A stretch of 64,000 nt of DNA from Patescibacteria group bacterium (GCA_035506195.1 DATJPV010000036.1:16100-80099), one strand, 5' to 3'. Shown: positions 1-9,459, counted from the first letter of the stretch. The notes: a model not told the origin generated them from the sequence alone. Numbers and translations are program-made.

Positions 1-150
1 ATTCAGGAAGTGCTTGGCATAGAGGAACAGATCATCATCAAGATCCATATCGTCAAGATCATCTCCATAGAAGAACGTGACCGTAAGAAGCGGGATTTGC
101 TCGAAAAGGAAGAACCCAAGATTCCGTTCGGCGGTTTTGGCAGGGCCTAA
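1..150 (+). CDS. 3' end of an upstream CDS (partial; product unknown)
   Basis: Open frame from the window edge to TAA at 148-150; acidic/Lys-rich tail ending ...KIPFGGFGRA*. No family recognised. Confidence 0.3.
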   Translation: MQEVLGIEEQIIIKIHIVKIISIEERDRKKRDLLEKEEPKIPFGGFGRA

Positions 151-168
151 AAAAGAGGAGGATATGTC

Positions 169-1200
169 ATGGCAAGGATTGGCGTACTTACCGGAGGCGG
201 CGATTGCCCCGGTCTAAACCCGGTGATACGGGCAGTGGTGCGCAAGGGCATCATCGAAGGATACGAATTCGTCGGCATCAAGAATGGCTGGAAGGGGCTT
301 GTAGAGAACGACACCATCCCTTTGACCATCGAGGCCGTTTCCGGGATATTGCCTAAAGGCGGCACCATATTGGGTACCAGCCGTACCAATCCGTACAAGA
401 AAGAGGGCTGCGTAGCGAAGGTCCAGGAAAATTATGCGAAGCTGGGGCTCGACGCGCTGATCGCGATAGGCGGGGAGGATACCTTAGGGGTTGCCTCCAA
501 GCTGACCAAGGACGGCATACCGAACATCGTCGGCGTACCCAAGACCATCGATAATGACCTGTCGTGCACCGATTATACCTTCGGCTTTGATACCGCCATC
601 AACATTGCCATGGAATGCCTTGACCGGCTCCATACCACCGCCGAAAGCCACCATCGCATCATCGTGGCCGAGCTGATGGGGCGCCATGCCGGCTGGATCG
701 CTATCGAAGCGGGTATCGCAGGCGGGGCGGACGTAATCCTGATCCCGGAGATACCGATCGACATGGATGAGGTATGCGTGACGCTCAAAAAGAGGAAACA
801 AAGAGGCAAGACGTTCAGTATCGTAGTGGTTGCGGAGGGCGCTCAATTCAAAGCCGGCACCATGGTTACCCAGGAGCAGAAACTCGATGACTTTGGGCAC
901 GTCAGGTTGGGGGGTATCGGCGAGCTCCTGGCCGAAGAGATAGAGAAACGCACAGGCTTCGAGACGCGCGTCAGCGTCCTGGGCCACATTCAGAGAGGCG
1001 GTTCGCCTACCGCATTCGACCGTATCCTGGGGACCCGTTTCGGCGTCAAGGCGGTTGAATTGGTCAAGGCCAAGCGGTTTTCCCGGATGGCTGCTTTGGC
1101 AGGCAACAAGATCATCGACGTTCCCCTGGAGGATGCGGTCAAGGCCTTGAAGACCGTAGATTCCGAATGGTGCAGCATTGCCAAAGTATTCTCGGAGTAA
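169..1200 (+). CDS. pfkA: 6-phosphofructokinase (ATP- or PPi-dependent)
   Basis: N-terminal GVLTGGGDCPGLN motif and overall PFK-A family signature. GGAGG ribosome-binding site 8 nt upstream. Confidence 0.9.
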   Translation: MARIGVLTGGGDCPGLNPVIRAVVRKGIIEGYEFVGIKNGWKGLVENDTIPLTIEAVSGILPKGGTILGTSRTNPYKKEGCVAKVQENYAKLGLDALIAIGGEDTLGVASKLTKDGIPNIVGVPKTIDNDLSCTDYTFGFDTAINIAMECLDRLHTTAESHHRIIVAELMGRHAGWIAIEAGIAGGADVILIPEIPIDMDEVCVTLKKRKQRGKTFSIVVVAEGAQFKAGTMVTQEQKLDDFGHVRLGGIGELLAEEIEKRTGFETRVSVLGHIQRGGSPTAFDRILGTRFGVKAVELVKAKRFSRMAALAGNKIIDVPLEDAVKALKTVDSEWCSIAKVFSE

Positions 1201-1206
1201 ACGACC

Positions 1207-1785
1207 ATGAGAGACAGAATAAAAGACATATTCCTGGAAAGCATTCGAGTCAAAGAGGAGCTATTGCGTACGGGCCTTGGCCAGATAGTCGAGATCGCGG
1301 AACTGGCGATCAACTGCCTGGAAAAGGGCGGCAAGATGATCGTATTCGGTAACGGCGGTTCGGCCAGCGACAGCCAGCACATCGCGGCAGAATTAGTGGG
1401 CCGCTTCAAAAAGGACAGGGCGGGGCTTCCGGCAATTTCCTTGACTACGAACACCTCGATCCTGACCGCCGTGGCCAACGACTACGGGTACGAAGCGGTT
1501 TTCGCCAAACAGGTGGAAGCCCTGGCGCATAAGAACGACATCGCCATCGGGATATCCACCAGCGGCAAGGCCAAGAACGTCGCTGCCGCCATCAAGCAGG
1601 CAAAAAAGATGGGATTAAAGACCGTCGCGCTTACCGGCGGAGATGGCGGAGAATTGGCAAAATTAGCCGACGTCAGCCTGATCGTGCCTTCCACGGTCAC
1701 CGCCAGGATTCAGGAAGCGCATATCACCGTGGGGCATATCATATGCGAACTCGTAGAAGAGGAACTCTTTCAGGAACAAAAATAA
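1207..1785 (+). CDS. gmhA: D-sedoheptulose-7-phosphate isomerase (SIS domain)
   Basis: FGNGGSASDSQH...ISTSGKAKNV SIS/GmhA signature. Confidence 0.9.
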   Translation: MRDRIKDIFLESIRVKEELLRTGLGQIVEIAELAINCLEKGGKMIVFGNGGSASDSQHIAAELVGRFKKDRAGLPAISLTTNTSILTAVANDYGYEAVFAKQVEALAHKNDIAIGISTSGKAKNVAAAIKQAKKMGLKTVALTGGDGGELAKLADVSLIVPSTVTARIQEAHITVGHIICELVEEELFQEQK

Positions 1786-2261
1786 AATCCCTCGCGCAAT
1801 TGTCCGGGGTCATCAGCCGCCTGCGGGCCCGGGGCAGGCGTATCGTGTTTACCAACGGCTGTTTTGATATCGTGCATCACGGCCATACCCGTTATCTGGA
1901 AGCGGCAAAGGCCTGCGGCGACGTATTGGTTGTCGGCGTCAATAGCGACGCCTCAGTCAGGCGCATCAAAGGGCCCCGGCGGCCCCTCGTCTGCCAGAAG
2001 GACCGGGCGGCAGTTATCGCGGCTTTGGCCAGCGTCGATTACGTGGTGATTTTTAATGAAGATACGCCGCTTAAAACGATTCAACGCCTTAAGCCAGACG
2101 TGCTGGCGAAGGGGTCGGATTGGAGCAAGGGCGCGATCGTCGGCTCGGATGTCGTCTGCGCATCCGGCGGCAGCGTAGTAAGGCTCCCCCTGTTAGAGGG
2201 CCGTTCGACCACTAACTTGATCAAAAAAATTGCTAAAACCTACGTGTGCAAGCGCCGTTAA
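1743..2261 (+). CDS. hldE: D-glycero-beta-D-manno-heptose 1-phosphate adenylyltransferase (RfaE/HldE domain II, cytidylyltransferase fold)
   Basis: RIVFTNGCFDIVHHGHTRYL nucleotidyltransferase motif. The ORF start overlaps gmhA, so the true start is probably an internal TTG/GTG near 1798. Confidence 0.8.
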   Translation: MRTRRRGTLSGTKIKSLAQLSGVISRLRARGRRIVFTNGCFDIVHHGHTRYLEAAKACGDVLVVGVNSDASVRRIKGPRRPLVCQKDRAAVIAALASVDYVVIFNEDTPLKTIQRLKPDVLAKGSDWSKGAIVGSDVVCASGGSVVRLPLLEGRSTTNLIKKIAKTYVCKRR

Positions 2262-2673
2262 CCGCATCATCGATGCCAACCTTAACCGCCTCAAGGAAGG
2301 GTTGCGCGTATGCGAAGAGGTGGTCCGTTTTGCGCTGGACGACCGCCGGTTTACGTCCGAACTTAAGCTGATACGGCACCGTATCGGCAACGCCGTCGAA
2401 CGCTTCATACCGAGGCTTGAACTGCTTGCCTATCGCGACAGCCTCAGGGATGTCGGCAGGGATGTCTACGGTCAGGAGTTGCACAGGGAAAGCCTGCGGG
2501 ACGTTTTCTTTGCCAACATGCAGCGCGTCAAGGAATCCGTGCGCGTGCTGGAGGAATTGAGCAAGCTCAAGGATCCCAAGGCCGCGGTGCTTTTGAAACG
2601 GGAACGTTACCGTATCTATCAAATCGAAAAAAGGCTCGCGAAAAAGATGCACCTGTGCGCACAAGACCGATGA
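2230..2673 (+). CDS. Hypothetical protein, possibly a ThiC-associated/thiamine-related small protein
   Basis: 147-aa ORF whose TGA overlaps the thiC ATG (ATGA coupling). The IIDANLNRLKEGLRV motif is only vaguely familiar from thiamine-gene contexts. Its start overlaps hldE. Confidence 0.4.
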   Translation: MLKPTCASAVNRIIDANLNRLKEGLRVCEEVVRFALDDRRFTSELKLIRHRIGNAVERFIPRLELLAYRDSLRDVGRDVYGQELHRESLRDVFFANMQRVKESVRVLEELSKLKDPKAAVLLKRERYRIYQIEKRLAKKMHLCAQDR

Positions 2674-3953
2674 CCCAGCTTATCTACGCCCAGAAAAAGA
2701 TCATTACCTCCCTCATGAAAAGGATCAGCCGCGCAGAAGGGATAGACGCCGAAGACCTCTGCCGGCGCCTTGCGCAGGGGCAGGTTGTCATTCCGCACAA
2801 TAACCGGCGCCGGATCCAGAACCCCTGCGCCGTCGGGTGTGGCTTGGCCACTAAGATAAATGCGAACATCGGCACTTCCACCGATCGCTCGTCACTGGTG
2901 GAGGAACTGAAAAAGCTTAAGGTAGCCGTCAAATACGGCGCGGACACCGTGATGGATTTAAGCGTAGGCCCGGATATCCCTTTGGTGCGCCGGCAGATAC
3001 TCAAATACTCTCCGGTGCCGGTGGGGACCGTACCCATCTATGAAACGGCAGTAGCCGTCAAAAAACAAAAAGGGGATGCCTTGCGCTTTGACGCCTCCGA
3101 TATCCTGGAGGTCTTACGGGCCCAGGCTGAAGACGGAGTCGATTTCTTTACCATCCACGCGGGGGTTACCCGCAAGAGCCTGGCGGCTATAAAACGCAAT
3201 AAACGGGTCATGGGCATTGTTTCAAGGGGAGGGGCGATCCTGGCGGCCTGGATAGAGCTTCACGGAAAAGAAAATCCGTTTTTTGAATATTTCGACCAAA
3301 TCCTGGATATCGCCCGGCGCCATGACGTAACCTTAAGTTTAGGGGACGGCCTGAGGCCCGGTTCGATATTGGATGCGACGGATAAGGCGCAGATCGCAGA
3401 GCTAAGGATCCTGGGCGAGCTGGCGCAGAAGGCCAGGAGAGAGGGCGTGCAGGTCATGATCGAAGGCCCCGGCCATGTGCCTCTGAGCGACATCAAGAAG
3501 AATATTCTGCTGCAAAAAAAGATATGCCATCAGGCGCCGTTCTATGTATTAGGGCCGCTGGTTACCGATGTCGCCGCCGGTTACGATCACATTACCTCGG
3601 CTATCGGAGGCGCCCTTGCCGCAAGCTACGGGGCTGATTTCCTTTGCTATGTGACTCCCGCGGAGCACCTGCGCCATCCGACTGTCGACGATGTCCGCGA
3701 AGGCGTGGTGGCTGCCAAGATCGCTGCCCACGCCGCCGACATAAGCAAGGGCATCAAATCCGCGCTCCTTTGGGACAGACGCATGTCGGACGCCCGAAAG
3801 GCGCGCGACTGGAAGAAACAGGTTGCGCTTGCGCTGGACCCTGACCGCGCGCGCCAGTACCGGATGTCTTCGCGCCCGCAACTGTCCGACGTCTGCACCA
3901 TGTGCGGGGATTACTGTTCGATCCGGATGACGGAGAAGTGCCTTGGGATGTAA
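2670..3953 (+). CDS. thiC: Phosphomethylpyrimidine synthase ThiC (short anaerobic form)
   Basis: ThiC core with C-terminal CTMCGDYCS Fe-S motif. Likely start is MTQL at 2670 inside the longer ORF 2655..3953. Confidence 0.9.
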   Translation: MTQLIYAQKKIITSLMKRISRAEGIDAEDLCRRLAQGQVVIPHNNRRRIQNPCAVGCGLATKINANIGTSTDRSSLVEELKKLKVAVKYGADTVMDLSVGPDIPLVRRQILKYSPVPVGTVPIYETAVAVKKQKGDALRFDASDILEVLRAQAEDGVDFFTIHAGVTRKSLAAIKRNKRVMGIVSRGGAILAAWIELHGKENPFFEYFDQILDIARRHDVTLSLGDGLRPGSILDATDKAQIAELRILGELAQKARREGVQVMIEGPGHVPLSDIKKNILLQKKICHQAPFYVLGPLVTDVAAGYDHITSAIGGALAASYGADFLCYVTPAEHLRHPTVDDVREGVVAAKIAAHAADISKGIKSALLWDRRMSDARKARDWKKQVALALDPDRARQYRMSSRPQLSDVCTMCGDYCSIRMTEKCLGM

Positions 3954-3966
3954 CGATGTAGGATAT

Positions 3967-4037
3967 GCGAGAGTAGTTCAGTGGCAGAACACCAGCTTCC
4001 CAAGCTGGATATGGGGGTTCGATTCCCCTCTCTCGCT
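3967..4037 (+). tRNA. tRNA-Gly (anticodon CCC)
   Basis: Cloverleaf by eye: acceptor GCGAGAG/CTCTCGC, anticodon stem CCAGC/GCTGG, loop TTCCCAA, T-loop TTCGATT, discriminator U. No encoded CCA. Confidence 0.85.
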
Positions 4038-4047
4038 TTGACTGCGT

Positions 4048-4734
4048 ATGATGCCAGATAAAAGACCAGCCTTGCCTGTAAAAACGTATGCGATATCCGG
4101 CATCATGTGCATTTTGATGGTATCCGGCTGCGCCAGTACTCCGATGGTAGTTTCACCCAAGCCGGAAGGGGTCTCCGGGGTGTATCACCGGGTGGAAAAA
4201 GGGCAGACCTTGTGGATGATCTCCCGGATCTACAATATGGACGTGGAAGAGCTGGCCAGGGTCAACCGCATATCGGATACGGCCAAGGTCGAAGCCGGCC
4301 AACAGGTTTTTATCCCCTTTGCCCAGAAGCCCTGTCCGGTCCCGGAGAAGAACCTCGGCGGCGGTTTCATCTGGCCGCTGAAAGGCAGGGTCGTCGGCGA
4401 ATTCAGCCAGACCTACGCCAATATGATCAACAAGGGCGTCAATATTCAGCCGTATTCGGGCAACACCGAGGTAGTCGCCAGCCGCAGCGGCCGGGTAGTG
4501 TTCTATGCCCCCGACTTCGACGTCTATGGTAAAACCGTTATCCTTGACCACGGCGACGGCTTCATGACGGTATATGCCCGCAATGCCGAAGTGTACGTCA
4601 AACCGGGCGACCGGGTCGAGAAGGGCAATGTCATTGCCCGGGCTGGTTCTGCCGGAAGGGACAAAGCCGTGTACCTGCATTTCGAAATACGCAAGGGGCG
4701 CCTGCCCCAGAACCCTAATTTTTATCTGCCATGA
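4048..4734 (+). CDS. LysM + M23 peptidase lipoprotein (NlpD-like)
   Basis: Lipobox MVSGC, a LysM motif (GQTLWMISRIYNMDVEELARVN) and an M23 core (ILDHGDGFMTVY...YLHFEIR). Confidence 0.85.
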   Translation: MMPDKRPALPVKTYAISGIMCILMVSGCASTPMVVSPKPEGVSGVYHRVEKGQTLWMISRIYNMDVEELARVNRISDTAKVEAGQQVFIPFAQKPCPVPEKNLGGGFIWPLKGRVVGEFSQTYANMINKGVNIQPYSGNTEVVASRSGRVVFYAPDFDVYGKTVILDHGDGFMTVYARNAEVYVKPGDRVEKGNVIARAGSAGRDKAVYLHFEIRKGRLPQNPNFYLP

Positions 4735-6320
4735 AAAGCACGTTTGTCGGTAGGAAAGATTACCTGGGGATCCTGGAGAAGCGCATCCGCGACCTCAAGG
4801 ATGGGTACCGCCAGAATATCGCGATCATCGGCGACGAGATGGTGGGCAAGACTTCCATTATTTTCCGGTTCCTCAACAAATTCTGCGACAACCGGATCAT
4901 TACACTCTATTTTGAAACTAGGCCGGAATCGACGGTTTCCTTTGCGCGCAGGTTCATCTCGGTGCTGCTGTATAATTTCTTGAGCCACAGCGCTATCCCC
5001 CTGCAAGAGGACCTGGGCTTTCTTATGCGCGTATCTTCCAAATATATCCCCGTCACGATTGAGAGAATCAACCTGATCCTGGAGGGGCTGGACAAGAGAA
5101 AGAAAAATAACCTGTTCGGCGACCTGCTTTCGTTGTGCGAAAGTATCTACCAGGAAACTTCGAAATCCTGCGTGGTCATTTTTGATGAGTTCCTGAATCT
5201 CGAAAGCCTTGATGCCAAACACCTGTATAAAGAATGGTCCCGGCTCCTGATCTCCCAGAAACACACCATGTATATCATTATCAGCTCGATGAAATACCGG
5301 ACCAAGAACGTCCTGGCCAAAGACCTCTCCCTGTTGTTCGGCAATTTTGAGGTGATCACGATCGAGCCGTTCGATATCCCCGCTTCGGGGGAATATCTGG
5401 AGCAGAGGCTTGCGGGGGTAACGCTTGAGCCTGGGCTGAAAAATTTTATCATGCATCTCACCGGCGGCTACCCCTTTTACCTGGAAGTGGTTTCCGGGGC
5501 GCTGCTGAAATCATATCAGAACAACCTCTCGGATATACTGGAAGACCTGCTGTTCGAATCCTCAGGGATATTGCACCAGCGTTTTTCGGTCTACCTTAAG
5601 CGTTTTCTGGATGGTCCGCTTGGCCAGGGCAACGGCGCCATCTTGTCGTTGATCGCCAGCGGCCAGAACAGGCTCAACGATATCGCGCATATCCTGCGCC
5701 GGAGCAAAAAGGAACTGAACTTGCATATCGGCCAGCTCATGGAGCTCGACGCCATATCGCGCAGCGGAGATTTCCTGAAGGTAAATGACCGCGTGTTTGC
5801 TTTTTGGCTAAGGTTCGTGCACCAGAACAAGATCAGCTCTCTGGCCTTCGATGCCAAGAGCCAGAAAGCCGCCTTTAAGGAGCAGATCGAAAAAATGATC
5901 CAGGAATTCATGGCGGCGGCGCAGAAGCCGTTGATCGACCGGATGGCGGAACTGTTCCGTTCGTTCTCCGACGATACGCTTCAGCTTGAGCGCAAGCGCC
6001 TGAGGCTGGCGCATTTCCGGGAGATTAAACCCATGGAGCTCAACCGCGCCGGCCTGCGGGAAGGCCTGATCGGCCGTTCCCACGACAGCCTTTGGATCGT
6101 CGCGTTCAAAAAGGACTCTCTTACCGAAGAGGATGTGGCGGAATTCGCGAAAGAGTGCAAGAAATACCGGCACAAGCTGCAAACAAAAGTTATCGTGACC
6201 CTCAGGGATATCGATGCCAACGCACGGCTGCGGGCCCTGGAGGAAAAGATCTGGACCTGGGATATCAACCGGCTCAATCAGATCTTTGATCTGTTCTCTA
6301 AGCCCCGGGTGATCGCATAG
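4731..6320 (+). CDS. AAA+ ATPase (Arch_ATPase/PF01637-like, wHTH) with extra ~160-aa C-terminal domain
   Basis: FVGRKDYL...IAIIGDEMVGKTSI Walker A and VVIFDEF Walker B, then a winged-helix-like region and an unrecognised C-terminal domain. First gene of a tightly coupled five-gene operon. Confidence 0.6.
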   Translation: MKSTFVGRKDYLGILEKRIRDLKDGYRQNIAIIGDEMVGKTSIIFRFLNKFCDNRIITLYFETRPESTVSFARRFISVLLYNFLSHSAIPLQEDLGFLMRVSSKYIPVTIERINLILEGLDKRKKNNLFGDLLSLCESIYQETSKSCVVIFDEFLNLESLDAKHLYKEWSRLLISQKHTMYIIISSMKYRTKNVLAKDLSLLFGNFEVITIEPFDIPASGEYLEQRLAGVTLEPGLKNFIMHLTGGYPFYLEVVSGALLKSYQNNLSDILEDLLFESSGILHQRFSVYLKRFLDGPLGQGNGAILSLIASGQNRLNDIAHILRRSKKELNLHIGQLMELDAISRSGDFLKVNDRVFAFWLRFVHQNKISSLAFDAKSQKAAFKEQIEKMIQEFMAAAQKPLIDRMAELFRSFSDDTLQLERKRLRLAHFREIKPMELNRAGLREGLIGRSHDSLWIVAFKKDSLTEEDVAEFAKECKKYRHKLQTKVIVTLRDIDANARLRALEEKIWTWDINRLNQIFDLFSKPRVIA

Positions 6321-6321
6321 C

Positions 6322-6813
6322 ATGGTTAAGATCGGAGTGATCTCTGATACCCATATTCCTTTTAGCGCAAGGCAGATACCCCAGAAGGTTATCGATGATT
6401 TCAAAACCGTCGATATGGTGATGGTCGCAGGCGACCTGGCTGAGATGAGCGTGCTCAAACAGTTAAAGAGCGCCTGCCCCCGCGTGCATGCGGTCTGGGG
6501 GAATATGGACGGGCCGGAGGTCAGGGCCCATCTGCCGGAGAAAGAGGTCATTACCGTCGGTAGCCACAAGATCGGCCTCATGCACGGCTACGGCCATCCG
6601 GACGGATTGCTTGCTGTCATGCGCGCTGCATTTAAGGACGACGGGGTTGACATGATCATTTTCGGCCATTCGCACAAGCCCTACAACGAAAAAAAAGACG
6701 GCATCCTGTATTTTAATCCCGGCAGCCCTACGGATACGGCATTCGCTCCGTACAATTCATACGGCATGGTCGAGATAAACGATGCCATTAACGCCAGGAT
6801 AGTGAAGCTCTGA
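6322..6813 (+). CDS. Metallophosphoesterase (YfcE/MJ0936-type phosphodiesterase)
   Basis: GVISDTHIP...GDL...GNMDG...GHSH calcineurin-like motifs. Confidence 0.8.
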   Translation: MVKIGVISDTHIPFSARQIPQKVIDDFKTVDMVMVAGDLAEMSVLKQLKSACPRVHAVWGNMDGPEVRAHLPEKEVITVGSHKIGLMHGYGHPDGLLAVMRAAFKDDGVDMIIFGHSHKPYNEKKDGILYFNPGSPTDTAFAPYNSYGMVEINDAINARIVKL

Positions 6814-7283
6814 TGGATAAACTGTGGGCCCCCTGGAGGGTCAATTACGTACAGGCGAAGAAAACGAAGGGGTGCGTTTTTTGCAAGGCTCAGCGCCGCA
6901 AAGACGCAAAGCCGGTTGTATTCAGGACCCTCTATTCAGTCTGCTTGCTTAATATTTTTCCGTATAACAACGGCCACCTGATGGTTGCCCCCCGGGCGCA
7001 TAAGCCGCAGCTGGCTGACTTAACCGACCCCGAGGCGCTGGACCTGTTACGCAGCCTGGACAGGGCGAAAAGATTATTGCAAAAAACCCTGAAGCCCGAC
7101 GGTTTTAACATCGGCATCAACGTCTCCCGCAGCGCCGGCGCCGGCATTACCGGCCACCTGCATATCCATATTGTCCCGCGCTGGCAGGGGGATACGAACT
7201 TCATGCCCGTCCTACATAACACAAAAGTGATCTCTCAGTCTTTGGAACAACTTTGCCGCATACTAAAACATGCTGACGCCTAG
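6813..7283 (+). CDS. HIT-family nucleotide hydrolase/transferase
   Basis: Histidine triad HLHIHIVPRW plus N-terminal CVFC. Its ATG overlaps the stop of the preceding gene. Confidence 0.75.
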   Translation: MDKLWAPWRVNYVQAKKTKGCVFCKAQRRKDAKPVVFRTLYSVCLLNIFPYNNGHLMVAPRAHKPQLADLTDPEALDLLRSLDRAKRLLQKTLKPDGFNIGINVSRSAGAGITGHLHIHIVPRWQGDTNFMPVLHNTKVISQSLEQLCRILKHADA

Positions 7284-8424
7284 CCGGATCCGGGAATACG
7301 AAGATACGTTTTTGGCCCCCTATGCCATGAAGAGCTGCCTTAGCCGCGGCCGGGTGCACAAGGAGCCGGAGCATGCGTATCGGTCAGCCTATCAGCGGGA
7401 CCGGGACCGGATTATCCATTCTGCGGCATTCCGCAGGCTGGTGCATAAAACCCAGGTTTTTGTGACCCATGAAGGGGATTATTACCGCACCAGGCTTACG
7501 CATACCCTGGAGGCCGCGCAGATCGCCCGGACTATCGCGACAGCCTTGAGCTTGAATGTCGACCTGACCGAGGCGACGACCCTGGCGCACGACCTGGGGC
7601 ATACGCCGTTCGGCCACTCCGGAGAGGAAGCCTTGAATGAACTTATGGCCGGCTTCGGCGGATTCAATCACAATCTCCACGGCCTGCGCGTGGTCGATAT
7701 ACTGGAAGAGCGCTACCCCAGTTTCCCGGGCCTGAATTTGACCTGGGAGGTCAGGGAAGGGATCGTCAAGCATTCTTCGGCATTTGATAAGACGGATATC
7801 CCGCCGGAGTTCAGCCCCGAAGAAATGCCGCCCCTGGAAACGCAGGTGGTGGATATTGCCGACGAGATCGCCTACGACAACCATGACCTTGATGACGGCT
7901 TGACCTCGGGCTTGCTGAAGGAGTCGGACCTGGAAAAGTTGCCGATATGGGAAAAGATCCGGGCGGGCCTTTCCAGCCAATATTCGTCCCTTGAGCCGAA
8001 GATCCGCAAGCACCTGCTTATCCGTTCGTTGATCAACATGCAGGTCACCGACCTGATCCAGGAGACGGAAAAGAATATTCATGCCCTTCGCCTGGGGTCG
8101 TGCGATGACGTAAAGAAACTGGACCGGAAGGTGATCTCGTTCAGCCAGGAAGTTTCGCAGCTGCGCAAGCCCATGCGCGAGCTTCTCGTGCGCAAGCTCT
8201 ACCACCATTATCGCGTAGTCAGGATGAGCAACAAGGCCAAACGGTTCGTAAAGGACTTGTTCACCGTATATGTGGAAAAACCAGAAGCCCTGCCGGACGA
8301 TATCCAGGCAAGGGTGCCGCGCGACGGCGTGCGGCTGGCGGTGTGCGATTACATCGCCTCAATGACCGATAGGTATGCCCTCGATGAATACAAAAAACTA
8401 TTTGAGCCCTACGAAAAGGTATAA
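7270..8424 (+). CDS. dgt: dGTP triphosphohydrolase-like HD-domain protein
   Basis: dGTPase N-terminal motif (RDRDRIIHSAAFRRLVHKTQVF...RTRLTHTLEAAQIAR) and an HD motif (HDLGHTPFGH). Confidence 0.85.
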   Translation: MLTPSRIREYEDTFLAPYAMKSCLSRGRVHKEPEHAYRSAYQRDRDRIIHSAAFRRLVHKTQVFVTHEGDYYRTRLTHTLEAAQIARTIATALSLNVDLTEATTLAHDLGHTPFGHSGEEALNELMAGFGGFNHNLHGLRVVDILEERYPSFPGLNLTWEVREGIVKHSSAFDKTDIPPEFSPEEMPPLETQVVDIADEIAYDNHDLDDGLTSGLLKESDLEKLPIWEKIRAGLSSQYSSLEPKIRKHLLIRSLINMQVTDLIQETEKNIHALRLGSCDDVKKLDRKVISFSQEVSQLRKPMRELLVRKLYHHYRVVRMSNKAKRFVKDLFTVYVEKPEALPDDIQARVPRDGVRLAVCDYIASMTDRYALDEYKKLFEPYEKV

Positions 8425-9448
8425 ACTGCTGATCTCGGCAGTCCACAGCGTCTACCGGCTGATCAGTTCGACCTTTGAATTGAAGGACCTGTTTCCGCGC
8501 CTGGCCAGGCTTCTCTGCCAGATATTCAATGCCTGCGGCTGCGAGATCGTGCTCTTTGATTCCACCAGCCGGTATTCCGTCTTCAGGTGCGAGGTAGGAG
8601 AGAGGAAGAAATATATCAGCGATAAAAAGAAAAGGATCATCGACCGCCTGGAAAAGAATATCGCCAAGCGCCCCGCGGTTGTGCGTAACGCCGAACTGCT
8701 GGCGGTGCCGTTGATCTGCGAAGATTCGGGGGGCGTGATCATCGTAAAACGCAAGAACGAACCCGCCCCGTTCGAAAGCTTCGACCAGGAAGTGTTGATG
8801 ACCCTGGCGGAACAGGTGATCGTGGCTATCCGGAACCTTCAGCTGGTCGGGGAACAGCAAAAGATCATCCTGGGAAGCATAAAATCGCTGGTTACTTTGC
8901 TGGACATGCGCGTTCCCCAGGAGTACGCGCATTCTCCGTATTTCCGCCGCCTGGTCATGTCGATCGCCCAACAGATGCACCTCGATCCGAAACAGATCGA
9001 AAGCCTTAAATACGCCAGTCTCTTGCATGACGCCGGCAAGATCGATATCCCGCCGGAGATATTGTCCAAAACCAGCAAGCTTACTCCGCGCGAATACAAG
9101 ATTGTCAAGCGGCACCCGGCCAGGGGCGCCCAGATCCTGCGTTCCTTCCAGATATTGAAACCCGTTATCCCTATTATCATGCACCACCATGAGAAATACG
9201 ACGGTACGGGCTATCCTTCGCGCCTGAAGAAGGGGCAGATCCCCGAAGGGGCGCGGGTCATGGCGGTTGCCGACGCCTTCGAGGCCATGGTGTACGGGCG
9301 GCCTTACCGGGAAAGGAAGGATATCCTTTCGGCGGTCAGGGAGATCAAGAAGAAAAGCGGCACGCAATTCGACCCCAGGGTCGTCGAGGCGTTCTTGCGC
9401 GTAGTCAAAAAGATCGATACAAAAAAGTACTTGCAACGCAATGAATGA
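8375..9448 (+). CDS. GAF-like + HD-GYP c-di-GMP phosphodiesterase
   Basis: HD-GYP motifs LLHDAGKIDIP and HHEKYDGTGYP, with an N-terminal GAF-like region. Confidence 0.8.
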   Translation: MPSMNTKNYLSPTKRYKLLISAVHSVYRLISSTFELKDLFPRLARLLCQIFNACGCEIVLFDSTSRYSVFRCEVGERKKYISDKKKRIIDRLEKNIAKRPAVVRNAELLAVPLICEDSGGVIIVKRKNEPAPFESFDQEVLMTLAEQVIVAIRNLQLVGEQQKIILGSIKSLVTLLDMRVPQEYAHSPYFRRLVMSIAQQMHLDPKQIESLKYASLLHDAGKIDIPPEILSKTSKLTPREYKIVKRHPARGAQILRSFQILKPVIPIIMHHHEKYDGTGYPSRLKKGQIPEGARVMAVADAFEAMVYGRPYRERKDILSAVREIKKKSGTQFDPRVVEAFLRVVKKIDTKKYLQRNE

Positions 9449-9459
9449 AAGTTATATAA

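Noticed and set aside
484-987. 167-aa minus-strand ORF inside pfkA
   Set aside because: It is antisense to a confidently identified gene. High-GC genomes generate long spurious antisense ORFs, and it has no motif or ribosome-binding site.
8261-9436. 391-aa minus-strand ORF
   Set aside because: Fully overlaps the dGTPase and HD-GYP genes on the opposite strand. Arg/Pro-rich composition is typical of GC-rich antisense frames.
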